Shown here: positions 56,404 through 64,000 of the stretch, in pieces | How the letters are laid out: each line of letters starts with the position of its first letter | How positions within the stretch are numbered: position 1 is the first letter of the stretch | Origin: Alphaproteobacteria bacterium | GTDB lineage: Bacteria > Pseudomonadota > Alphaproteobacteria > RF32 > CAG-239 | NCBI GenBank assembly: GCA_028706255.1 | Contig: JAQWBS010000005.1 | Span: 35,673 to 99,672 of the forward strand | DNA: 64,000 bases | Reading direction: 5' to 3' | Made by a program: the position numbers and the translations under genes | Notes under the pieces: generated by a model | The model's input: the letters and a program-made list of their open reading frames with translations, nothing else | Database searches by the model: none | Told to the model about the DNA's origin: nothing

Positions 56404-57564
56404 TTAAGCAGCTTTTGTTTTTTGAGCAAAACTGTTGAGGCAAGAAATGATGTAGTCTTGTTCTTCAGTTGTCAAATAAGGGTGCATTGGAAGGCTCAAA
56501 ACTTTGCTTGCCATTGATTCGCAAACAGGAAGAGAACGTGTGTTGTAGCTCTTATATGCTGTTTGTGTGTGAACTGGTCTTGGATAGAAGTTTGCAAAAG
56601 GGATGCCACATTCTTTCAACCAATCTTGAAGTTCAGCTTTGTTGTCTGCAAGAATTGTGTAAATTGCATAAGCAGAAACACAATTATTGAGAACCTTTTG
56701 TGTTTTGAATGATGAATCCAAGTTTGCTGAATAATATTTACCAATTTTTTCACGATTTTTAAGTTCATCATCAAATACAGTCAATTTTTGCATCACAACA
56801 GCAGCTTGGAAGCTATCCATACGAGCAGTTAAGCCCAAACGAACGTTGTCATATTTATCTTCTGTGCTTGATCCGTGAACACGGCAAGATTTAACAAGGG
56901 CTAGTTCTTCATCAGTGTTGCAGAAAACCGCACCACCGTCACCATAGCAACCCAAAGGTTTTGTAGGGTAGAAGCTTGTTGCTGTCATATCAGCCAACGT
57001 TGAATGACCAACTTTTTTGCCTTCATAAACTGCACCATAGCTTTGTGCGGCATCAGACAAATATTTCATATTATTTTCTTTAGCAACAGCGTGGATTTCA
57101 GAATAGTTTGCAGGGTTTCCAAAGATATCAACGGAAATAATAGCTTTTGGTGTAAGTTTGCCTTGTGCTTTAACTTCTGCAATTGCTTTTTTAAGGTCAG
57201 CAACGTCCATATTCCAAGTTTCTGTATTTGAGTCAACAAACACAGGAGTTGCACCCAAGAAAGCAACAGCTTCAGCAGTCGCAACGAATGTGAAAGAAGG
57301 AACGAAAACAGCATCTCCAGCTTTAACTTCCCAAGCCATAAGGGCTAAAATCAAAGCATCTGTTCCTGAAGAACAAGTTGCACAATGTTTTGTGCCTGAG
57401 TAAGAAGCAAGTTTTGTATCAAGCTCAGCACATTCAGGACCTTGAGCATATCCACCATGATTTAAGATTTTTTCAAAAGCATTCAAGAAATTTTCTTGTC
57501 CAATAGCCTTTTGATTTGAAGGAATATCAAAAAGGCAGATAGATTTTGAAGGTTTATTAGTCAT
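56404..57564 (-). CDS. DegT/DnrJ/EryC1/StrS-family PLP-dependent sugar aminotransferase (ArnB-like)
   Basis: Fold-type I aminotransferase motifs (…GTDALILAL…, …SFYPTKPLG… with the PLP lysine); start at the second ATG (MTNKPSK). Confidence 0.75.
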   Translation of the reverse strand: MTNKPSKSICLFDIPSNQKAIGQENFLNAFEKILNHGGYAQGPECAELDTKLASYSGTKHCATCSSGTDALILALMAWEVKAGDAVFVPSFTFVATAEAVAFLGATPVFVDSNTETWNMDVADLKKAIAEVKAQGKLTPKAIISVDIFGNPANYSEIHAVAKENNMKYLSDAAQSYGAVYEGKKVGHSTLADMTATSFYPTKPLGCYGDGGAVFCNTDEELALVKSCRVHGSSTEDKYDNVRLGLTARMDSFQAAVVMQKLTVFDDELKNREKIGKYYSANLDSSFKTQKVLNNCVSAYAIYTILADNKAELQDWLKECGIPFANFYPRPVHTQTAYKSYNTRSLPVCESMASKVLSLPMHPYLTTEEQDYIISCLNSFAQKTKAA

Positions 57565-57766
57565 CTTATTATTTCCCATATATAATTAACACTGTTTGGG
57601 AGTGTACTTTAGTTTCTAAATATATGCAAAACACAAAACATTTATATTTATTACAATTCAAAAATTGTTTCTATTGCTGAATTTAGCGATAATTTTGTTG
57701 ATTTTGTAGGTTTTATTGCTATATTTAATCAAGATAAATAGTATAAGGGTTTTAAATGTGACTAAA

Positions 57767-58528
57767 ATGTTAACCAAAAGATGTATGACACTTGCCGTTG
57801 TCTTAGGTGTTTGTTTCTCAGCAGGAGTTGTTCGTGCTGATATTCCTGTGGAAAATGAAGATAAGTTTGAAGGCTTTAATCGAGCTATGTTCGGTTTTAA
57901 TATGACATTAGACGAATATGTGCTTGAACCTCTCGCAAAAGGCTATCGTGCCATTACCAATCAATATGTGCGCGACAGAGTAAGTGGTGTCCTTTCAAAT
58001 ATTGTTGAACCTGTTTCTGCGGTCAATCATCTATTACAAGGTGACGTCGTAAAAAGTGGTCAGAATATTGGTCGATTTGCTTTAAACTCAACCTTAGGGC
58101 TTTTGGGAATGTATGATGTTGCTGGTGGCGGTTGGCATCTTGCTCCTGCAAAAACAAATTTTGATGAAACTTTGGCAACTTGGTGTGTTAAAGATGGTCC
58201 TTATCTTGTGTTCCCTGTTTTAGGAATGAACACAATGCGTTCTTTCAGTGGGGAAATTGTTGATGGTTTTGCGAACCCACTCTATATTGCCACTTACGGC
58301 GATTCTAATATCAATGCAAAGGTTCTTTACCCTTATGCTGGTTTAGTGATGATTTCCAAAAGAGAAAAATCAATTGAATTTATTGATAGTTTCAAGCAAA
58401 GCTCTGTTGATTTATATGCAATTTCTCGTTCTGCCTTTTTGCAAAACCGGAAGAAAATGGCAAGATGTGGCGTCGTGGAAGAAAGTGCAACACCAGATTA
58501 TGATTTTGATTTTGATGTTGAAGAATAA
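57767..58528 (+). CDS. mlaA: MlaA/VacJ outer-membrane lipoprotein of the phospholipid-maintenance system
   Basis: Signal peptide; MlaA family core (…FNRAMFGFN…LNSTLGLLGMYDVA…). Confidence 0.7.
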   Translation: MLTKRCMTLAVVLGVCFSAGVVRADIPVENEDKFEGFNRAMFGFNMTLDEYVLEPLAKGYRAITNQYVRDRVSGVLSNIVEPVSAVNHLLQGDVVKSGQNIGRFALNSTLGLLGMYDVAGGGWHLAPAKTNFDETLATWCVKDGPYLVFPVLGMNTMRSFSGEIVDGFANPLYIATYGDSNINAKVLYPYAGLVMISKREKSIEFIDSFKQSSVDLYAISRSAFLQNRKKMARCGVVEESATPDYDFDFDVEE

Positions 58529-58554
58529 ACGTAAAAGTTTTAGGAGAAAATAGA

Positions 58555-59151
58555 ATGAAAAAATTGGCTTTCTTGGTTGTTTGTTTGGCTTTCGTGGCCA
58601 CAAATGCTTTGGCTGAAATTAATACAAAAAAAGCAGAGGCTTTTATTGAAAAATTGACCACAGACGGCATTGAGGAATTGGTTAATTCTAATGCTTCTAA
58701 GGCTGTTAAACAAGAAAAGTTTCGTAAACTTTTTAATGAAGATCTTGACTTGGACTTTATTGGTAAATTTGTTTTAGGTCGTTATTGGAGAACAGCAACT
58801 CCAACACAACAAAAAGATTTCTTAGACGCTTATAGAGAACTCAATATTCAAACTTGGTCAGCTCGTTTTGATGAGTTCAAAGGCAAAACGTTTGAGTTCC
58901 AAAATGTGACACCATCAACCAGTCAAGACCAAGTCTTTGTGAACACAATTGTAGATATGAAAAATGGTCAACAGCCTGCAAAAGTTGTTTGGCGTGTGCG
59001 TCAAAAGGGTGAAACATTCAAAGTTGTTGATATTATCATTGAAAATGTCAGCCTTGCTATTTCTGCTCGTAATGAATATGCTGGATATATCAAAGCAAAT
59101 GGGCTTGATGCCTTGATTAAAGATTTGCAAACAAGAGCAAAGAAATCTTAA
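58555..59151 (+). CDS. mlaC: MlaC/Ttg2D periplasmic phospholipid-binding protein
   Basis: Signal peptide; Tol_Tol_Ttg2 family layout; adjacent to mlaA. Confidence 0.7.
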   Translation: MKKLAFLVVCLAFVATNALAEINTKKAEAFIEKLTTDGIEELVNSNASKAVKQEKFRKLFNEDLDLDFIGKFVLGRYWRTATPTQQKDFLDAYRELNIQTWSARFDEFKGKTFEFQNVTPSTSQDQVFVNTIVDMKNGQQPAKVVWRVRQKGETFKVVDIIIENVSLAISARNEYAGYIKANGLDALIKDLQTRAKKS

Positions 59152-59170
59152 AGTTATAATTTAAATAAAC

Positions 59171-59203
59171 AAAAAGACCGCTTGATTAAAGGCGGTTTTT
59201 TTG
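59171..59203. terminator. Bidirectional terminator between convergent mlaC and flgE
   Basis: ACCGC-N10-GCGGT flanked by an A-run and T7. Confidence 0.4.
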
Positions 59204-59222
59204 TTTTTAGATTAAATCTTAA

Positions 59223-60443
59223 TTATGATTTTAAATCAATGATTGTGCTAACCATTTCATTGTTTACGGTGAAGGTCTGCGTGTTCATTGAATAAGCTCG
59301 TTGCACTTGAATCATTCGAGAAAATTCTTCTTCAGGGTTGACATTTGAGCTCTCCAAAGATTGAGCTTTAACAATTGTTTTATCTGCCGTATCATATCCC
59401 ATTACATAAAAACTATCTCCAGTGCCATTTCCAGCTTGAAAAAGAGTTCCTGTGACTGCGGTTAAGTTTTCGGGAGCGGTAAAGCCAACCAAAGAAAGTT
59501 TAGCGACATCAATTGTTTGTCCGTTGGAATAAGCTGCTTTTAGAACACCATCATCATCAATATAACTTTTGAGGAAATTTCCGCTAGATTTTCCATCTTG
59601 TGCAAGGTCTTTAACAACATTTGCACCATCATACTGTGTCATTTTAGAAATGTCCATTGTCACAACATTTTGACTACCGTCACTCCAATCAACAGTGAAG
59701 TCGAAATTTTGTGGAGAAAGAACTTCTCCATTATTTCCGAAAACCACCTGAATCGGGTCTGAAGATACAGTTGCGCCATCCATATTAAAGGAAACATCCC
59801 ACGTGTTCACATTTCCTTCAACTTTACTGAAAATCATATTCATATTTTGACCGTCATTATTTGGCCCATAAATAGTGATTCCATAACTGCTTGAATTTAC
59901 GTCAGAAGCAGGAACGTTTGCTAAAAGAGAAACTGTTGACGTTGGAACAGAAGGAATAACATCTGTGCTTGGCATAATGATATGGCTTGGAGAACTACTG
60001 AAACCTCCTTCTTCAAGGGCTTCGAATCCTTGAACTTTCATATTGCTAGAATTTACCATATAAGTAACACCATCTTCGGTGAGGGTGCTAAAATTTCCGG
60101 CACGACTATAATAAACATTGTCATAACCATCTCTGACCATAAAAAAGGCGTTTTCACGGTTAATGGCAACATCATAATTATTACCAGTTGAAGCAACTGT
60201 TCCTTGTTTCAAGATATTTGTGCGTTCATAAGCACTGACACCATAGATGTCAGAACGTGAACCATAATTGCCACTGGCATTGGTTTTGATTGCAGGCTGA
60301 CTTCCGAGCAAGGTTGAAAACATTGTCTCGTTAGACTTATATCCTGTTGTTGTCATATTCGCAATGTTCATGCTCACGCTTTGCATTGCTCTTGACTGTG
60401 CTTCCATTCCACTAATAGAAGCATAAAAATTACTCAAAGACAT
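59223..60443 (-). CDS. flgE: Flagellar hook protein FlgE-like (flagellar hook/rod family)
   Basis: N-terminal MSLSNFYASISGMEAQ…MNIANMTTTGYK; C-terminal …ESSNVNPEEEFSRMIQVQRAYSMNTQTF…; 406 aa fits the hook protein. Confidence 0.6.
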   Translation of the reverse strand: MSLSNFYASISGMEAQSRAMQSVSMNIANMTTTGYKSNETMFSTLLGSQPAIKTNASGNYGSRSDIYGVSAYERTNILKQGTVASTGNNYDVAINRENAFFMVRDGYDNVYYSRAGNFSTLTEDGVTYMVNSSNMKVQGFEALEEGGFSSSPSHIIMPSTDVIPSVPTSTVSLLANVPASDVNSSSYGITIYGPNNDGQNMNMIFSKVEGNVNTWDVSFNMDGATVSSDPIQVVFGNNGEVLSPQNFDFTVDWSDGSQNVVTMDISKMTQYDGANVVKDLAQDGKSSGNFLKSYIDDDGVLKAAYSNGQTIDVAKLSLVGFTAPENLTAVTGTLFQAGNGTGDSFYVMGYDTADKTIVKAQSLESSNVNPEEEFSRMIQVQRAYSMNTQTFTVNNEMVSTIIDLKS

Positions 60444-60735
60444 TTTGAATATCCCATATAATTTACCACATAAGATTATATGCAAATTTCGTGCCATTTA
60501 ATTATTTTATATATAAAATCTATTTTAAGTTGTTTTTTTATTATTAATAAATATCAAATTTTTACAGATGAAATATTTTTTTAAAATATATAAATTTCAA
60601 GCCAAAAACACTCATTTATGCGTAAAATTTTTAGATTATATCCACGTTTTTAAGATTTTTGTTGTTTTTAAGGAAAATCGGGAGTATGAATCTAGTTGAG
60701 TTTTTTTAATTAATCATATTAGAGAGAAAAAAATA

Positions 60736-61215
60736 ATGTCTGATAATTTGGATACTAAAGTTATAAGTAAGCTTGCTGAAATTCTTGATAAAAACAACCT
60801 CACTGAATTGGAATATGAAGGTGAAACATTCAGAATTTGCCTCACAAGAGATTTTTCAGGTAATGTTCAAGCACCAACTTATGTTCAAGCTCCGATGCAA
60901 GTTCAAGCACCTGTTGTAGCTTCTGCACCTGTTGTTACTTCTGCTCCTGCTGTGGCTCAAGAAGATGATTATAGTAAGCATCCTGGAGCTGTTAAATCTC
61001 CAATGGTTGGGGTTGTTTATCTTTCAAGTTCTCCAAACACACCTAATTATGTTGAAGCTGGTACTTCAGTTAAGGAAGGTGACACAATTTGCTTAATCGA
61101 AGCAATGAAAACCTTTAACCCTGTTAAAGCAACAAAATCTGGTAAAGTTACAAAAATTTTGGTTGCAGGCGGTGATCCTGTTGAATATGGCGAGCCTTTG
61201 GTTATCATTGAATAA
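60736..61215 (+). CDS. accB: Acetyl-CoA carboxylase biotin carboxyl carrier protein
   Basis: Pro/Ala/Val-rich linker; biotinyl-lysine motif EAMKT. Confidence 0.9.
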   Translation: MSDNLDTKVISKLAEILDKNNLTELEYEGETFRICLTRDFSGNVQAPTYVQAPMQVQAPVVASAPVVTSAPAVAQEDDYSKHPGAVKSPMVGVVYLSSSPNTPNYVEAGTSVKEGDTICLIEAMKTFNPVKATKSGKVTKILVAGGDPVEYGEPLVIIE

Positions 61216-61227
61216 TAAAGTTGGAAA

Positions 61228-62580
61228 TTGCTTATGTTTGAAAAAGTATTAATTGCTAATCGTGGTGAAGTTGCCCTCAGAATCCATAGAGCCTGTAAAG
61301 AAATGGGTATCAAGACTGTGGCTGTTCACTCCGAAGCTGATGCTGATGCAATGCATGTTAGACTTGCTGATGAAGCTGTTTGCATTGGACCAGCACGCTC
61401 AACCGATTCATATTTGAATAAATCTGCCATCATTTCTGCAGCTTTAATCACAGGGGCAGATGCTATTCACCCTGGGTTTGGCTTCCTTTCTGAAAATGCA
61501 GATTTTGCTGATATGGTTGAACTTCATGGAATTACGTTCATTGGACCTTCTTCCGAACAAATGAGAACAATGGGTGACAAGGTTGCTGCTCGTGAAGCTG
61601 CAATTCAATCTGGTTTGCCTGTCGTTCCTGGTTCTCCTGCACTTGAAAGTGTTGAAGATGCTGTGAAATGGGGTGCAAAAATTGGTTACCCTGTCATCAT
61701 TAAAGCTTCTGCGGGTGGTGGCGGAAAAGGAATGAAACAAGCTTATAATGAAGAAGAAGTGAAAACAGCTTTCACAATGGCTAAGGCTGAAGCTAAAGCT
61801 GCTTTTTCTAATGATGTGGTTTATATGGAAAAATATCTCCAAAAACCTCGTCATATTGAAATTCAAATTTTGGCAGATAAGCATGGAAACGTTGTTCACC
61901 TTGGTGAACGTGACTGTTCAATCCAAAGAAATCACCAAAAAGTTTTGGAAGAAACTCATTCTCCTGCGTTGAACGAACAACAAAGAGAAGAAATTGGTGA
62001 AATTGCACGTAAGGCTATGGAAAAAATTGGCTACTACAATGCTGGAACAATTGAGTTCTTGTTTGAAGAAGGCAAGTTTTATTTCATTGAAATGAACACA
62101 CGTCTGCAAGTTGAACACCCAATCACAGAAGCCATTACCGGCATTGATATTGTTCGTGAACAAATCAGAATTGCTAGTGGTGCAGCTTTGGGATATACTC
62201 AAAAAGACATTAAATTTGCTGGTCATGCCATTGAGTGTCGTATCAATGCTGAAGACCCTGAAACTTTTATCCCTTGTGCTGGAAAGATAACTGACTGGCA
62301 TGCCCCTGGCGGACTTGGTGTTCGTGTCGATTCTGCAATTTATTCGGGATATTCAATTCCGCCATACTATGATAGTATGATTGCAAAATTGATTGTTTAT
62401 GGCAAAACCAGAAACGCTTGCCTAATGCGATTGCGTCGTGCTTTGGAAGAGTTTGTAATTGGTGGCACAAAGACAACCATTCCTTTGCAACAGGAAATTA
62501 TTTCCCAGCCAGAATTCATTGATGGAAATTATAACATCCATTGGCTTGAAAAACATATGGCTGAAACTAAGAAAAAATAG
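61228..62580 (+). CDS. accC: Acetyl-CoA carboxylase biotin carboxylase subunit
   Basis: ATP-grasp motifs; MFEKVLIANRGE start; EMNTRLQVEHP. Confidence 0.95.
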   Translation: MLMFEKVLIANRGEVALRIHRACKEMGIKTVAVHSEADADAMHVRLADEAVCIGPARSTDSYLNKSAIISAALITGADAIHPGFGFLSENADFADMVELHGITFIGPSSEQMRTMGDKVAAREAAIQSGLPVVPGSPALESVEDAVKWGAKIGYPVIIKASAGGGGKGMKQAYNEEEVKTAFTMAKAEAKAAFSNDVVYMEKYLQKPRHIEIQILADKHGNVVHLGERDCSIQRNHQKVLEETHSPALNEQQREEIGEIARKAMEKIGYYNAGTIEFLFEEGKFYFIEMNTRLQVEHPITEAITGIDIVREQIRIASGAALGYTQKDIKFAGHAIECRINAEDPETFIPCAGKITDWHAPGGLGVRVDSAIYSGYSIPPYYDSMIAKLIVYGKTRNACLMRLRRALEEFVIGGTKTTIPLQQEIISQPEFIDGNYNIHWLEKHMAETKKK

Positions 62581-62625
62581 TTTTTTTTCCAATCCCCGAG
62601 CATAATTCTCGGGGATTTCTTTATA
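62581..62625. terminator. Terminator after accC
   Basis: AATCCCCGAG-CATAATT-CTCGGGGATT, a perfect 10-bp stem with T-runs on both sides. Confidence 0.6.
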
Positions 62626-62709
62626 AAAGATTTGCGTATAAAGTAATTGTTAAATTTTTTAATTTAGATATAATACGAATAAGAATAACCATTACCAGTT
62701 AAGGCGTAA

Positions 62710-64000
62710 ATGTTAAGACAATATGAATTAGTTGATTTAGTTAAATCCTATGACCCCGAAGCCGATGAAGATGCTCTGAACAGGGCATATGTTTTTGCAA
62801 TGAAAAAACATGGAGCACAATTGCGTGCTTCTGGCGACCCATATTATTCTCATCCTGTAGAAGTTGCAGGTATTTTAACTAAAATGAAGCTTGATGCTTC
62901 CTCCATTATTGCAGGTCTGTTGCATGACACAGTTGAAGACACCGACACAACGGTTGAAGAAATCAAAGAGCTTTTTGGCGAACAAGTAGCAAACCTTGTT
63001 GATGGCTTGACTAAGTTGGCAATGATTGAACAAAAATCAACCAACAGCAAACAAGCAGAAAACTTTAGAAAATTGCTTTTAGCAATGAGTGAAGATATCC
63101 GTGTTTTGTTGATTAAGCTTGCGGATAGATTGCATAATATGCGAACCTTGCACTATATCCAAAAACCTGAAAAAAGACTTCGTATTGCCAAAGAAACCTT
63201 AGATATCTATGCGCCTTTAGCAGAGCGTATTGGTATGCAAGAAGTGAAGAATGAACTGGAAGAAATTGCCTTTGCAGAAATTCATAAAGAAGCTCATGCT
63301 TCTATTGTGGCTCGTTTGAACTTTTTGAGAGAGCAGGGAAGCAATATTGTTCCAAAAATCATTAAGCAACTTCAAAAAGATATGAAAGATAATGACATTA
63401 AGGCAAGCGTTACAGGACGTGAAAAAACGCCTTATTCCATTTGGCGAAAAATGCAACAAAAGAATGCGACCTTTGAACAACTTGCAGATATTATGGCTTT
63501 CAGAATTTGCGTTGATGACATTGGCAGTTGTTATCAGGCTTTAGGCGTGGTGCATAGCAAATATCATATGGTTCCTCGTCGCTTTAAAGATTATATTTCA
63601 ACACCAAAACCAAACGGTTATCGCTCCATTCACACAGGGGTTATTGGCCCTGAAAACACTCGAATTGAAATTCAGATTCGCACAAGTGATATGCATGAAA
63701 TTGCAGAAAAAGGTGTTGCTGCTCACTGGGCTTATAAGCAAGGGCAAAAAGCAGAAGGTAAAAACTTCCGCTGGGTGCGTGAGCTTTTGGATATTTTGGA
63801 ACAGGCTTCCAATCCTGAAGAATTTCTCGAAAATACCAAAATGGAAATGTATAATGACCAAGTTTTCTGTTTTACGCCTAAAGGTGACTTAATTGGGCTT
63901 CCAATTAGCTCAACACCGGTAGATTTTGCCTATGCGGTTCACTCTAGCGTGGGAGATACTTGTGTTGGGGCAAAAATTAATGGTGAAATTAAACCACTTA
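62710..64000 (+). CDS. spoT: Bifunctional (p)ppGpp synthetase/hydrolase RelA/SpoT homolog; 5' part, continues beyond the window
   Basis: HD-domain start (…YYSHPVEVAGILT…HDTVED…); synthetase region (…RFKDYISTPKPNGYRSIHT…); no stop before the window end. Confidence 0.85.
   Translation, partial: MLRQYELVDLVKSYDPEADEDALNRAYVFAMKKHGAQLRASGDPYYSHPVEVAGILTKMKLDASSIIAGLLHDTVEDTDTTVEEIKELFGEQVANLVDGLTKLAMIEQKSTNSKQAENFRKLLLAMSEDIRVLLIKLADRLHNMRTLHYIQKPEKRLRIAKETLDIYAPLAERIGMQEVKNELEEIAFAEIHKEAHASIVARLNFLREQGSNIVPKIIKQLQKDMKDNDIKASVTGREKTPYSIWRKMQQKNATFEQLADIMAFRICVDDIGSCYQALGVVHSKYHMVPRRFKDYISTPKPNGYRSIHTGVIGPENTRIEIQIRTSDMHEIAEKGVAAHWAYKQGQKAEGKNFRWVRELLDILEQASNPEEFLENTKMEMYNDQVFCFTPKGDLIGLPISSTPVDFAYAVHSSVGDTCVGAKINGEIKPL

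Overview
This is an AT-rich 64-kb window of bacterial chromosome whose gene order matches an alphaproteobacterium, probably a host-associated one with a reduced genome. I base that on the conserved neighbourhoods rne–amiC–mrcA–prfB, lpxA–lpxI–lpxB, tpiA–secG–pyrG, kdsA–recO–parC, dusB–hfq–hflX and accB–accC–spoT. Most of the window is housekeeping: RNase E, cell-wall synthesis, release factor 2 with its programmed +1 frameshift, lipid A synthesis, proS, pyrG, parC, accBC and rsh. Accessory content sits in a roughly 6-kb island at about 13.9–19.9 kb. It holds a divergently transcribed phage repressor module, two uncharacterised early genes, an intact pair of T7-like tail tubular proteins (gp11-like and gp12-like), two small proteins and a holin-like membrane protein. 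No capsid, portal, terminase or integrase is present, so I read it as a degraded or domesticated podovirus-like prophage remnant. A dense cluster of GTCATT-type palindromic repeats closes the island (19.4–19.9 kb). An inverted copy of one composite repeat sits at 126–233, so the two copies bracket about 19.6 kb. After the repeats come an ArsR/CadC plus heavy-metal P1B-ATPase pair and a split flavin-reductase/rubredoxin pair; the 45-aa rubredoxin is absent from the ORF track. Other points of interest are a 1339-aa membrane-anchored coiled-coil protein translationally coupled to dusB, a classical autotransporter next to an unusual PagP-like lipid A palmitoyltransferase, a truncated LpxA paralog, an archaeal/eukaryote-type ProRS, a secreted PLD/Nuc-family nuclease and an orphan flgE. 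All calls come from reading the sequence and its translations; I ran no database searches.
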